This document shows, one piece after another, positions 49,254-62,400 of a stretch of 64,000 nucleotides of DNA. Every line of letters starts with the position of its first letter. Position 1 is the stretch's first letter. A program made the translations under genes and the position numbers. Under the pieces are notes generated by a model. It was not told the origin of the DNA, made no database searches, and saw nothing but the letters and a program-made list of their open reading frames with translations. This DNA is from Gracilinanus agilis (taxonomy: Eukaryota). The stretch covers positions 394,560,720 to 394,624,719 of the forward strand of contig NC_058131.1 in the NCBI RefSeq assembly GCF_016433145.1, given 5' to 3'.

Positions 49254-49588
49254 GAAATATTGCTGCTTCATCTTAAGCCAAAGGTTGTAGGCCATGTGCT
49301 TGTATTTCTCTTTGTAACCCAATGAAAGGGGTAATTTGAATGCCATCAACAGTAATAAATCCTATCAGAAGTATTTGAACCAGACCTGAGAATTCCAAAA
49401 CACAAAGAAAAATGTCCTTGAATGTTTGGCATGTAATGAAACAAAACTGTCATATTTTTAGTGCTATCTGTTTTGTGATTTTAAAAAAGGGATCATCATT
49501 TTTGGCTGTAAGTCACCCTCCTGTATTATCTCCATCTGGATGTCTGCAGCAGCTCTCTGCCCCTAAGCTCAAAGTAAGTGTGTACCAG

Positions 49589-49730
49589 CAGCTATTAATA
49601 GCTGAATCCTGCAACAGTCTGCTGTCACAGATGGGACTCTGAGCTTCCGAAGCCTAAGACCATAAAAACTCATTACAAATAAAGCAGTATACTGTTTGGC
49701 ACTAAATGCAATTAAGCTAGCTATAAATAA
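49589..49730. promoter_or_regulatory. Candidate neuronal enhancer: two MEF2 sites, CAGATG E-box, NFI half-site
   Basis: CTATTAATAG (49592-49601) inside the 16-bp palindrome CAGCTATTAATAGCTG; ACAGATGG (49627-49634); TTGGCA (49696-49701); CTATAAATAA (49721-49730). Confidence 0.5.
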
Positions 49731-52497
49731 GATTCGTTCTTAAAGCAATATACAGTCCTTGATCCCTGCCTGTATTTAATTTCCATTGGTATGTACCCTT
49801 ATTTGTTAGCTTTTCTTTTCTGTTAATGTGTGTATATATAGATTTTTGTGTGCATGCTTCTTTTTTTTTTTTTTAAACTAAAAGCCTATTCAGTAACTCA
49901 CATGGGAATATAGTTTAGAGTGTTGTATGTGAGGGGGATGGACAACATAGATGGGTGGGGCTCTATCTTTGTACCAGCTAGCTCCTGTGGTCATGCTTTT
50001 CCAGAAATTTATCCTGAGGATTTATTAAATCAGACTAGACTGTTTACTCATCTGTTTTAGAGCCTAAGTAATATCTAAGATCTGAAATATCCAGAAGATG
50101 TGAGAGCACAGTATTCTTCATGTAATAAATGCTCAAATATTTGTGGAATATATGAACAAAAAACACTTTGCATTCTCTTATTCTTTGTAGATACTCCTAA
50201 ACAGCATGTGAGCTATTGACAAAGGGAGATGAGAATTCCTTGGTGGCCCTATGTTGATGAGCCCATGATCTGAATCATAAAATTTTATTCACCTTTGTTA
50301 AGCTCACTAATTATGAGGATTAGTGTAGTGGATTCATTTTCTTTGGAAGGTCACTCTCATTTTCTCGGTCTTAGCTTCCTTTGACCTAAGTGTTTTATTT
50401 ACATATATGCAATATTATTTTGAGTTGGAATCAAAAAATTTTTGAATGACTCACTTTTCTTTTTTTTTTCCCTTCAAAAATCAAACCAACAATTATTTGC
50501 TGAGCATTTATTATGGGAAAAATTCAATATTAGGTGCTGTGGGGAAATACAAATAAATATAACACAATCCTTGTCCCCAAGACACAGTCCAGTCAGAGGG
50601 ATAAGACAAAATAAATCTAAGAATGGCTAAGTATAACAAGAGTTAAATAACAACACAAAACAGCAAGATAAGAGATGTCAGGAGGCAGCACATGATTAAT
50701 TGCTGAGTGAGTGGTAAAACAATAAATAAAGAAGAAAACAAGATCTCTGTTGGCTGAGGTGGGTTGTAAAGGTTGGGGTTTATGGAGAAAGAGGAGCTTA
50801 AGCCAGACCTTGAAGAATAGGTCAAGATTTAGTTAGAGGCACAAGGGTGTTATGTGTCAAAGGCATTTACTTTTTTTCCCAAAGAATGGTATCTACTCAA
50901 ACTACTAATGATTTTTAGTGAGAGTGAGAGTGAAAATCCAAGCAGGGCTTAACCTCATAGAGCACTTTTATGGTACAATGAAATCCCATTGTTTCTTTGA
51001 AGCTGCATTTGTGCAGAAATCACACTTGAGACATTACTGGTTACTCTCAAAAATTTCAGATTTTAAAAAATGAAATTTGTCTCCCTGCCTTTTTCTCTCT
51101 GTAATACCCGATACTTGGGAACCCAACCATGAGCAAGATTTCATGGAACAAGTCTTGTAGAAAATTCTACTTTGTTACTATATGTCCAAAGTGTGGCTTG
51201 GTTTCTGAATGGCTCTAATGGTCTTGGGAGAATACTTGAAGAGGAATCTCAGAATCTGACCCAGCATTAGGCTTTATCTTTTACAAAAGATTCATTAGAA
51301 AGTGAAGTGCATAGAACCAAGAAACTACTATATACAGAGGTAGAAACAGTGCTGAGGAATGACTAGTCAATGTCCACCTCCAGTAGAAGAACTGATATAA
51401 TAGAAATATAGCAAAACATACATATACACATGTGCATACATATTTCTTTTTATTAAATGATTCTTTCTCTCAGTATAGGGAAGGGAAAGAAGGTGGAAGA
51501 TATCTAGAAATTTTAATGTAACAAACAAGTAAATTTTTATAAAGAATTTAAGGATGATGGGGTTTGGTGATTTAGTTTATTTCATCATTTAGTTTTAGCT
51601 CTTCCAAAGGAATATCAAATTTCCTCAGACTTCTAAGGTTCTCTTGGATAGGAGGGGTTGATGGCAATACCACCCTAACTTGGGGACACTCTAAACTGAA
51701 GCAATAATAATCTATAATGGATATTTTTTATATCCAGAGCACTCTATTAAATCTTCAACAGAAACTTTTTTCATTCTTTGATCTCCTCTCCCATGTGTAG
51801 TATAATCTAAGCTGGCAAACCTTGAGATGTCAAAACATACATGCAAGAAAAATTATTTTTTTTAAATATTGGGATCTTTCATGAACTAAGATACGAAAAA
51901 GTATTAGCTCTCTATGTGCTCTCAAACAACTCTTTTTCCCTCTCTGAATCTCAGTTTTCTTTTCTCTAAAATGAAGTGATTGGCTTGCTTGATCTCAGTG
52001 GTCACTTCCACTTCTGTTGCAGAAGTACTTAACCAGAGGTTCATGGACCCCTTGGTGGTGGTCTATGGATAGATTTCAGAACCTGGATGGGAAAAATTAA
52101 GTCCTTATATCTATTTAATTGGTTTTCTTTATAATGCTGTATATTTTACTTTATGAATTTAAAAACATTTCTTTTTTAAAAAGGGAAGTCCATGACATAA
52201 AAGACATAAAAAACTCATGCCCTTAGCTTTGCATTTTGTGATTAAAATGAATTTAAATAAATGTATTAGGTAAGTGCTGAAATTATGTAGATGAAAGGAA
52301 TGACAGTTCCATTTATAGTGGTTTAATTGACAAAGGCATCCTGCAGTAAAGGAGTTTTCAAGAGAGAATTCCATCTGTCATTCAAGGTCTGGACTTAACA
52401 GGACCAAGGCCAAACAAAACTAGATAGAAGTTTAGCTGCTTTTTATGATTTTCCTGTGTAGCAACAGCTTTTGAACCGACAACAATTGGGCCCTTTC

Positions 52498-52518
52498 CCC
52501 AGCACCATGGACAGCAGC
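52498..52518 (+). promoter_or_regulatory. REST/NRSF binding site (RE1/NRSE)
   Basis: CCCAGCACCATGGACAGCAGC vs canonical TTCAGCACCATGGACAGCGCC: 17/21 matches, with both half-sites and the 2-bp spacer intact. Confidence 0.75.
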
Positions 52519-53655
52519 TCAGTGTCAGTCTGTTGTGGGATCACTGCCTGGATGGGAGTGCGTGAGCTGGTTGTCTTTGATAGCATCAGCTCTGCGAAGC
52601 CCATGGGATCTGACCTGACCTTGTAATGTTCACTCAGTAGGGAACATAAATTTAAAATAGCAGTGGAATTGCATTAAGTGCTTATTCTGGATGTTTCATT
52701 AGTGTCAATAAGTATGACACATTTGAAACTATTGATTCTGGCATTTTTCTTAATTTGAAACTATGGTAGGATTAATTATCCTGAAATGCAATTTATAGTG
52801 CCTTTAAAAAATCATTGTTTAAGGCTCATTTCCATGAACTAATCTGTTAAAATGCACGGTTTTCAGGAATCTGCTCTTCCAAACCTATTCTTCCCTCCTC
52901 AATTTTATTTTCTTCTTTTATCACCCCTTAGCTCAACTAGCTTTGCAAAGTAAGGGTGACCCCCTCCCCGAGGAGGCAATGGCTGAATAGAGGTCCTTAG
53001 ATGTTAATCCTGCAGTCGGTGAAGAGGCCTCCCTAGGGAGCAGCATGAATCGCTTATAAAGTTGAGAGTACTAGCATGCTGCTTCTACTGCATTTCTTAC
53101 CCTTCACTGGCCTGGGGACATGGGCAGATTGGCATGAACAAAATGGACTCAGGCAAAATGAATACAGCTCCGCATTGGTTGGGAACTCTCCCCTGTTGTT
53201 TTGTATGCTGGAAACCTTCATTCATTTTTAAGAGCTCGCTTTTTAAATAACATTTTTAAAGGTTTCGTGTTCATAGCATTTGAAATAAAATTAGCCCTGC
53301 ATACCGTAAGCATTCTGCCTTTCAGCTAAAGAAAGCTTGAGTGGGAGTTGGAGTGCTTACATAGATGAGATCTAACGCGCCCCCTTTGTGTGCCTTCATG
53401 TGGCAGCTGATAAAAGGGATTGGGGGCTCATCTGTTTGTAAAGATGAAGAAGGAAATCATTTTGGTCATTCCATGAGTCCAGAGTTGGGTGAGCTTTAGA
53501 TATCTTCAGTGGTCAGGTGCAAGGGGAACTTTTAGCTCCAAACCTTTCAGAGAGATCTGAACAAGTAATATGTATACAGCACTTTTAAGGTTTACACGAT
53601 TCTTTTCATTCCCCATTAGACTGTGAGCTCTTTTGAGAGTAGTGACTATCTGTTA

Positions 53656-53845
53656 AGGCAGGCAAGTGGCATAGAGTACCAGGCCTGGAGATGGGAGGAC
53701 CCTGGGTTCCAAATCTGACCTCATACTTCCAATCTAACCTAGCTGTGTGACCCTGGGTAAGTCACTTAACCCCAATTGCCTAGCTTTTGCCACTCCCCTA
53801 TCTTAGAATTAATATGGAAGATAAAGGTTAAAAAAAAAAAGAGAG
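53656..53845 (+). mobile_element. Mdo-type SINE
   Basis: Head, core, tail and poly-A. Confidence 0.8.
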
Positions 53846-54384
53846 AAACCTATCCTTCAAACTCTTACTAATTGGGTGACAATGAGAATGTCATCACTTA
53901 ACCACTGCCTGCCTCAGTTTCCTCAAGTGTAAAATAAGGATAGTATTAGCATCTACCTTACAAAGTTGTCGTGTGGATCAAATTAACTATTTGTAAAGAA
54001 CTTAATACAGCGCATGTTTCCATCCTCCGTTTTGCCTTGCCAGTGCTTAGTGCAGTGCCTGGGACATAGTAATTACTTCATAAAAGTTTATTGGGTTGAC
54101 ATGTTGATGATATTATAGCATTTGACCCTCAGGGCAATGCTACGAGGCAGGGAATATGGTGGGGTTTATTCCCCATTTTAAAATGAGAAAATAGACTCTC
54201 AACAAAGTTCAGTAACTTGCTCAGGGTCACATAGCTAGTGAATATCAGAAGCAGGATTCAAACTCTGGGTTTCTTCTGTGTCCAGATCAGTTACACCACA
54301 GAACCTCCCAGTAAGAAATAAGCACCTTAGTTTGGGATGATACAGAGTGAATCCATTAACTACTTTTACTTCTTTTCTCTCTCT

Positions 54385-54815
54385 TTTAAAAACAAAAACA
54401 AAAAACTCTTCCCTTCTGTCTTTTTTTTTTTTTAAACACTTTGCCTTCTGTCTTTGTGTCAATACTATGTATTAGCTCGAAGGCAGAAGAGTGGTAACTG
54501 TTAGGCAATGGGGGTTAAGTGACTTGCCCAGGGTCACACAGCTGGGAAATGTCTGAGACCATATTTGAACCCAGGAACTCCCCTCTCTAAGCCTGGCTCT
54601 CAATCTGCTCAACTGCCCAGTTGCCACTGCCTTCTGTCTTAGAATCAATACTAAGTATTGGTTCCAAGGCAGAAGAGCAGTAAGTGCTAGGAAATGAGGG
54701 TTAAGGGACTTGCCAGAGTTGGTCACACAGCTAGGAAGTATCTAAGGTTAGATTTGAACCCAGGACCTCCTGACTCCAGATCTGATTCTCAGTCTACTGA
54801 GCCACCTAACTCACC
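54385..54815 (-). mobile_element. SINE nested in SINE (inner copy 54423-54629)
   Basis: Inner TSD CCTTCTGTCTT at 54412-54422 and 54630-54640. Confidence 0.88.
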
Positions 54816-57718
54816 TTCTGTTGCATCTTAAAATGCTATGGAGGAACCTCATACTAGATCACATCCTATACATTTGATCCATTAGCTCGCTGAATAAGTA
54901 ATACATTGATTGATTTTATGAGGTACCAGACCACCCATCATTATGGTTCTTGGTACTACATACATTCAGAAAGATCAACCAAGCATGAATTTATTTAATG
55001 AGAGCCTAACATATGCCAAGCATGAGATGTGGCCCCAGACTTCAAGGAACTGACATTCAAACTGGGAGTACAAAACTCACATGGACACACAGACATATAC
55101 ATTAAAACAGAAATAAAAATGCTAAACTCATTGGATCCAATAATAAATACAACAGGAGTAGGAGTTTCTGAGAGCTAAAGGCTGAAATATTGAGGTATAT
55201 TCATCTGAGTGTGCTTTTAGAAGTAATATCTGATTCTGTCTGGTCAAAACCAATGCTTATTATTATTTGCTCTTAACTCTGAGATGTATTATGGTCTAGT
55301 TTGATTTGATCCCTATTAGTTTCCTAATCTATAAAATGAGGGCAGTAGACATGAATTAGCAGCAAGTGCTAATTTCTTTTCTAGTGCTAAATCTGTCATC
55401 CCATGATCTTGGTTTCTTGAAAAATAAAGGAAATAAAATGGTAACTAATACAAAATAGTAAACGAATGCACCTTAAAAGCTAGATTTTATGTTTTAACAG
55501 TAACTTTTCTTTCTCAAGAGGGCTGTAACCTTATTTGATTTTGTACTAAAACTCATAAGATCCACAGAATCGTTGCAAATCTAAGTGCCTCTGGAAATAT
55601 TTAAAAGGAGCTCATTGTCTTCTTGGACAGTGATATGAATAGGCAGACAAATCTTTGAGCAACAGAGATGGAGGAAAAATAAAGCTGCATTTTTTTCTTA
55701 AGAAAAGTTATTTCTGGCCCATGCCCAATAGGACCTGAGTCATCAGATTTCCATCAGTGCTGACCTGCAAGGCTACTAGATCTTTTGATTGTTGATGATA
55801 GACATGGAAAGGAAAGTCTGAGAGATGTTCTTTCTTTGTTAGCATAGATTAGAGTAATATACCCTATTTTGCTTTGACCCTAAACTCAATCATAGAATCC
55901 TCCATCTTATTTCTCTTTCACCATAACAGGGAACCATACTCCTGGCAAGGGAGTCATGCCTGGCAAGGTCATCACAGAAAAGTTTAATTTAAATGTGCAG
56001 GTGAGGGGGGAAATAGGTCATTTTGCCCAATATGTAACCTTCAGTATTCTTCTACGTATGACACAAAGTGAATTTGGATAGAAGAGAGTGTCCGAATGGA
56101 ACCAGATACTATATGCCTCTTGGGTTGGGAAGTAGATCGCAATTCTCAACAGAGAACTAATTTTACATATAAGTAGACTGAGACTTGCCCTGGTGTCTGC
56201 AGTTTGATGGAAACACTGGTCTTCCTGATTTTGGTTCTGGTGTCCGATCCACTATTCCAAGCCACATCTAACCTTATCCTTGGAATATTGACTGACTAGG
56301 GATGATTTATTTTGGCCACAGTAGCTCATGGAAGTATCTACTAAGGCACAATGGGGCTACCATTTGAGTTGGTGATGGGAAAATTCAAACCAATGAAGCC
56401 ACAGGATCATGGACCTGGAGTCAGTGGAGGAATAGTTCAAATTTTCTCTCTGAGACTTACTTTAGCTATGTCACTTAAGACAAGCCACATTATTCTTCTC
56501 TCTGCACCTATTTCCTCACCCGTAAAATTGGTATAATAATGCTGTACTGTTGTTGGGGCAGTGTTTGAAAACCTTAGAGAAATGTGACATTCTTGTAATT
56601 AATGAAGCACTAATATTTATATAATCACGATGGGAGCTTTATAACTAAAATTTTCAGATCATTTAAAAGTGAATCCCTGTAAATTATACATCTTTGAAGA
56701 TTTCCCTTTCTTCCTCATCTACATTTTGCATGTTGCAGAAAACCTGCCCTCTACATTCTCATTCATAAACAAAGCTGTATGTGACTGTTCAAATCTAGGC
56801 ATCAAAAGAATTGTTCTGAATGGTCACTTTTGGAAAAAAAGTTCAGTCAGTTTATATTTATTTGCAGATTCTAGGTGCTTTGGCTCTGGAAGCTCTTAAA
56901 ATGAAGACTTCTATTGCTTTGGGAACTCTTGATGTTGTTGCTAAGGGTTTTTCTTTGGGAGGGAGGGTGGTGAAGGGGGGAGATTCCGCACTATTCTGTA
57001 TGGCAAGTATGTTAAGAGCCGACCTTGCCCCGAGGGCACAGTCAGTTTTCTGAACAATCTACCTTGTATTTCCCTGGAAATAGGGAGAGTTCTATGTTCT
57101 CATTTGCAAAAACATGCTATTAATTAGTAGTGCCATTCCTATTCTTGAAATTTCACTGCTCTATTTCATTTAAAATAAATGGATTAAAAACAACGACATA
57201 AAGCATGCCACATATGATTAGCTGGCCATTCCTTCTGAAGTCACACTTGTTTTCTCCTGTGTGCTACGAGTGACAGCAAAAAGAAATTCTAACATACAAT
57301 TATAGCAAAATTGATGTAATTATATATATTGTCCTCCCAGACAACATTTTAAAACCTAGCCTAATGTATTTCTCAATTATAATGCTTTTAAAAGACATGC
57401 CCTTGAGGAAAACAGTTTGGAGGGATTTTTTTTTAAGCTACATAGTTACTCTCAATTATTCATATTTTGATTGCACATAACAAATTTTAAATCCCATTTC
57501 TCCCTCCATCTTTGTTGGTCGCCCCCATTTGTTGATAGGTGGCATGTGTGTTTGAGGAATGCAAACCCTATAAATGTGCAAAATATAATCTATATGTAAA
57601 ATCCTACCAAAAAACTATAATGTATTCCAATCCCTACTGTTTGCAATGATCTTTGCCACTGTATTTCTCTCTCAAGTGTAAATAATGGAAAATTGACTGA
57701 ATGTTTTATACTCTATGT

Positions 57719-58029
57719 CCATGGCCTACAAACTTTTTTGATCATCCAACCATCTTGGTAAGAAGATGTTTGAGCACACTTTGTTAATGATTATGAATGA
57801 ATTATTATTAATGTGTGCTCATTTATGAATTGCTCTTATAATATATTACTATATATAATATATCTATACTATTACATATATAATCTATTACTATAGTAAT
57901 AGATTGTATACATTGTTAGCATAAAAAGACAGAAGAATATGATAAAAAGGAAATAAATGATATTTTTAAATAAAATTGAATTGAATGGTATAAAGAATTT
58001 TTGCTCACATTAAACTATTATTACTAGGA

Positions 58030-58089
<60 letters not shown>

Positions 58090-59395
58090 GTACTTCGGTG
58101 TATTGTCTCATAGGTGGAAGATTGGTAAGGGTGGGCAATGGGGGTCAAGTGACTTGCCCAGGGTCACACAGCTGGGAAGTGGCTGAGGCCGGGTTTGAAC
58201 CTAGGACCTCCTGTCTCTAGGCCTGGCTCTCACTCCACTGAGCTACCCAGCTGCCCCTAGGAGTAAGATTTTTGATGAGAGCAATGTGGTTGGATTTGCT
58301 TCATTATTTTCAAATTTTTTGTTTCAGCACTTTGTGATGCAGCAATTTCAAGGTCTGGTTCCAAATAACATATATTTCAAATTTTAATTTTACTGACTGT
58401 CGTAGCTATAGAGGAGATCTCACAAAGAAACTTGGACCCAAATGGAAGAAGTGCATTTTTGGCTGCATTTACTAAATCATAAAACTCATCAATTATGCAA
58501 AGCTTTTTGTTGAAATTTTGGCTAGTAAATTTCCATCGTCCTTGATATCAATCAGTTGTTCTTGCAAGAAAATTGGAAAGTGTTGTATTTTTAACAGATG
58601 GGTTCAAAAATCTACCACAACTCTTTGGATGTTTTTTTAAAAACAAGTTAGAAAACTATTGCCAAGTTTAAGTATACAAGTATATAAGAAATTTATTTTT
58701 AAAAGGGTGATTGTTAACAAAAGCATAGTTTTTAAATGTCTTGCTAATTATGTCTTTGTACAATCATTTAATATCTCAAGTCGCAATAAATACTTTAATT
58801 GTTGACAATGAATGTAAATACATATTTCATATAACCTTGATAATTTCAGATTTGGAGAGTATGAAGGGTGATTTCTCTTCAACTTGCCACTTTTTTTCCA
58901 CTTCCTAATGTGGCTAAAAAGAGCTCCCGCTTGGAGTAGGAAATGTCTGCTCTGCCAGTTTCTTATTATTCATTGTAGTCATGCTCAATATCATCTGTAT
59001 TCTGCTATTCATTTGTAGAATTTTTTTTTCAGTCATTTGTCCATTTTGTGAATGCTAGTTTACTAGACTAGTTAGCATAAACTATAAATCAACTTAACCT
59101 AGCACAAACAACTGCCATACACCACAATATGCAGAAAGTAAATGAAAGAGTGGGAGCACTACTGCAAACCCTTTCATGTTTTAGAATTCCCACTCTTCAG
59201 GATCTCACATACCAAATGTGAAATAGGATTGCCTAATATGTAAACCGAGAGCATCCCAATGGACTCTTATGGAATAGTAACAAAACTCAATTTCTTGTTT
59301 TCTAGGTTAATTATAAACTTCTCATATTTTCTCCACCCTGATATAGTATCTTGTGCATTCCCTAGGGTGCACACACCTCACTTTGTGCTATACTT
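57719..59395 (-). mobile_element. Internally deleted Charlie-family hAT DNA transposon with transposase C-terminus
   Basis: Minus strand around 58330-58490 reads DLVNAAKNALLPFGSKFLCEIS...LEPDLEIAAS (hAT dimerisation motif LLPFGSTYLCE...LEPDL); degenerate termini. Confidence 0.8.
58041..58257 (-). mobile_element. Very young SINE with about A48 tail and 16-bp TSD
   Basis: TSD TAGGAGTAAGATTTTT at 58025-58040 and 58258-58273; T run 58036-58083. Confidence 0.95.
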
Positions 59396-60744
59396 CCAGA
59401 GGCAGATTCCAAAATAACACCACAAAGGCAATCTACCCCTGCCAAGTTCAATCTCATTGAGGCACGGGCCATTTCCTATTCCTAACATATTTATTGAAAT
59501 TCTTTGCACAACCTCATATTTCATTAGATCACAAGCTTCTTGAGGGCCCAGAATGTCTTTTGCTTTTTTTTTTTAATATCCCTAGCACTTAGCACAAATG
59601 CCTGACATGTGATACATGTTTAATAAATATTTATTGAATTGTCTCAAATGTTATTAATCTCCCTCCCCCCCCCCCCAAATGCATCATGAAAAAAGGATAG
59701 CATTCTAAATTTGATACTGGAAAGAGCATGGGGAGCTGAAGTTAGAGAACCTGGTTTGAATCCCCAGTCTGTCATTTCTAATGTCGCTGATCTTGGACAA
59801 TCATTCTACCTCTCTGGGTTTCAGCTTCCCTTTCTTTGAAACAATATGGTTGGACTAGATGATCAAAGGTCCCTTTTAGTTCTAAATCAATTCCATTGAA
59901 GAAATGTAAGAAGTGATGGGATGGATGGCTTTCTTCTTGACAATTAGAGGAAATCAGTCAATGGAAAAGTTAGCCTGGATTTGGAAATTATTTTGTGCCA
60001 AAATAATTCATTTTCAAAATGGTATTCAGAGCAGGCCCTGACCAAGGAGAAAAATCAGGACTGATTTTTTTTTTTTTTTTTTTTACTGGAGCTATGGTAA
60101 ATCAAATCTGGGGCCAATTTATAAGGAAAACTAAAACAAGGAGGATGAAGGGGTTAATTTAAAAATTAAAAATTTGTCCCTAGTCAATATTTGGATTGGT
60201 AGGAGAAGAAGAGGAATGTGTTGAACTCAAGGGAATAAATTCCTCACATTAAGAATATTTATTTGTTTGTTTGTTTTTTTGCGAGGGGAGTCTGCAAATA
60301 CAGTTCCATTTTGTTTCTATCCAGACCGATACAGCCAGTTGCTCCACTGAGGCCATAGAGAGGTAAAGTGACTTCCTTATAATACGGTTAGTGTCAGGAG
60401 TAGGATTTGAACCCAGATCTTCTTGATCCCTGTACCAGACTTTGATTCATTGTACTAGAGTATCTTTCAGCCTTACTGCAAGAAGAAGAATGTCAATCAA
60501 AATCTCCTAAATTTGTTTAGCTTTTTGCATTATCCTGGAAATGCTTTGATATCTTATCACCATTTCTAATCCTCACAGTAATGTTATGAGGTTATTTGTC
60601 TTTTGTTGTTCTATGGTCAAGGAAAGAGAGGAAAAATTATTTCATCAGGGAGAAGAGTTGGGACCAGAACCTAGAACCTCTTAATAAGCCAAGTCTTTTT
60701 CCATAGATCATAGCAAGCACTTATTAGATCACTTAAAATCAGGA

Positions 60745-61100
60745 GAATGTCATAGACTTTGTATTCTTGGATTTGGTAAGGTATTTGATAGAACCCTTCC
60801 TGAGATTCTAATAAATACCTGGGAAAGTTGTGAGCTGAGTGAAAGTATTATTAGGTGGACTTAGAAGTGGATAACTGCCTGCTCCAAAGATTGTTAATCA
60901 ATATGTCAAGTCCAATTTGGAGTAAGTCTCTAGTAGAGTGCCTAAAGGCTCAATCTGTGGTCCTATTCAAGTGACAAAATTGTCGTAGATGACATAAAGC
61001 TGGTCAACAAAGATAGATGGCAGAGTCAGGATCCAAAGAGATCTTGACATGCTTGAATGATGAGTTGAATCTAATATAATAAAGTTTAATAAGAATTCAG
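60745..61100 (+). mobile_element. L3/CR1 reverse-transcriptase fossil
   Basis: Degenerate DFxKAFD...EVSSGVPQGS..GP...DDxKL...RIQxDLD coding pattern. Confidence 0.75.
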
Positions 61101-61119
61101 CTAATTCAGAATTCATAAG

Positions 61120-61585
61120 CAAGATGATCTCAGAGAAACCTGAAAAGACATACATGAACTGATGCAAAGTGAAGTGAGAAGAACCAGAACATTGTACATG
61201 CTAATAGCAGTATTGTAAGATGAATGACTGTGAATGAACAACTTAACTAATCTTAACAGTACAATGATCCAAGACAATCTCAAAGGACACCCAGTGAAAA
61301 ATGGCATCTGCCTTCAGAGAAAGAACGGACGGAGCCTCAATCCATATCAAAGCATACTATATTTCATTTTCTTACTTAATTTTTTTTTAGTTTTTGTTTG
61401 ACTCTTCTTCCTCAAAAGGACTAATATGGAAAAATGTTTCACTTGATTGCATATGTAAACTCTATCAGATTGCTTACTGTCTCAGAGAGGAAAAGAGGAT
61501 TCAAGACTCAAAAAATTTTAAAAATAGAATGTTAAAAATTGTTTTTATATGTAATTGGGGAAAATTTCAATATTATTTTTTAAAA
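61120..61585 (+). mobile_element. Old L1 ORF2 end plus 3' UTR
   Basis: ATGAACTGATGCAAAGTGAAGTGAG..ATGATCCAAGACAAT..ATGTAATTGG. Confidence 0.8.
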
Positions 61586-62060
61586 GTATTCAGCTCATTC
61601 AGTTCCACAAATAATCATGTCAAAAACTCTGTTAATAAAAATATAATAGTGCTTGCCCTCAACCTTCCATTCTATTAGAGATACCTAACATGAAATATAA
61701 GTATAATATAAGGTACAATGTATTATTTGATAGTACTATAGTAGAATATAAAGTATAACATAAGGACTGAATACAGTGTTCTAGAAAAATTGAGTGGGGA
61801 AGCAAATGATTGTAGTTGGGGAATATGTGAAGGTTTCACAGAGGAATAAGAAAGAATAGTTTTGAAAGGCTGCAATAAAGAGGGAATGAATGCATCCTTG
61901 TCATGGGGGAAGGCTTGTGGATATGCCCAGAGGCAGGCAATAAATTTTAAATTCAGATAATAGCAAATAGTCCAGTTTCACTAGAAGCAGAATTGTATGA
62001 AGGTAAGGATTTAAAATAACTCAGGAAAGGTCAGTTTGTATTTTATTCAAGAGCCAGTGG

Positions 62061-62400
62061 TTTTTATTTGTTTTTTATTTTTCAAAAACCCTTCCCCTTC
62101 CCTCTTAGTACTGTGAATTGCTCGTTGGCTTCAGGAAGAGGTGGGAGGAGGGTAGGGAAAGAACATGAATCATGTAACCATGGGGAAAACACCCCAAATT
62201 AATTAATTAATTAAATGAGCTTAAAAAGAATCAGCACTGTGTATTGGTTCCAAGCCAGAAGAGCATTAAAGGCTAGGCAACGAGGAGTAAGTGACTTGCC
62301 CACAGTCACACAGCCAGGAAGTGTCTGAGGTCAGATTTGAACATAGGACCTCCCATCTCTAAAGCTGACTCTCAATCCACTGAGCCATCCAGCTGTCCCT
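62061..62400 (-). mobile_element. Mdo-type SINE interrupted by a plus-strand L1 3' tip (about 62113-62226)
   Basis: The SINE tail is split by GGGTAGGGAAAGAACATGAATCATGTAACCATGG..(TAAT)n. Confidence 0.8.

Noticed and set aside
53376-53390. CTCF-like GGGGGCGC motif (minus strand)
   Set aside because: Only the 3' half matches (10/14); the 5' CCAC/CCAG core is absent.
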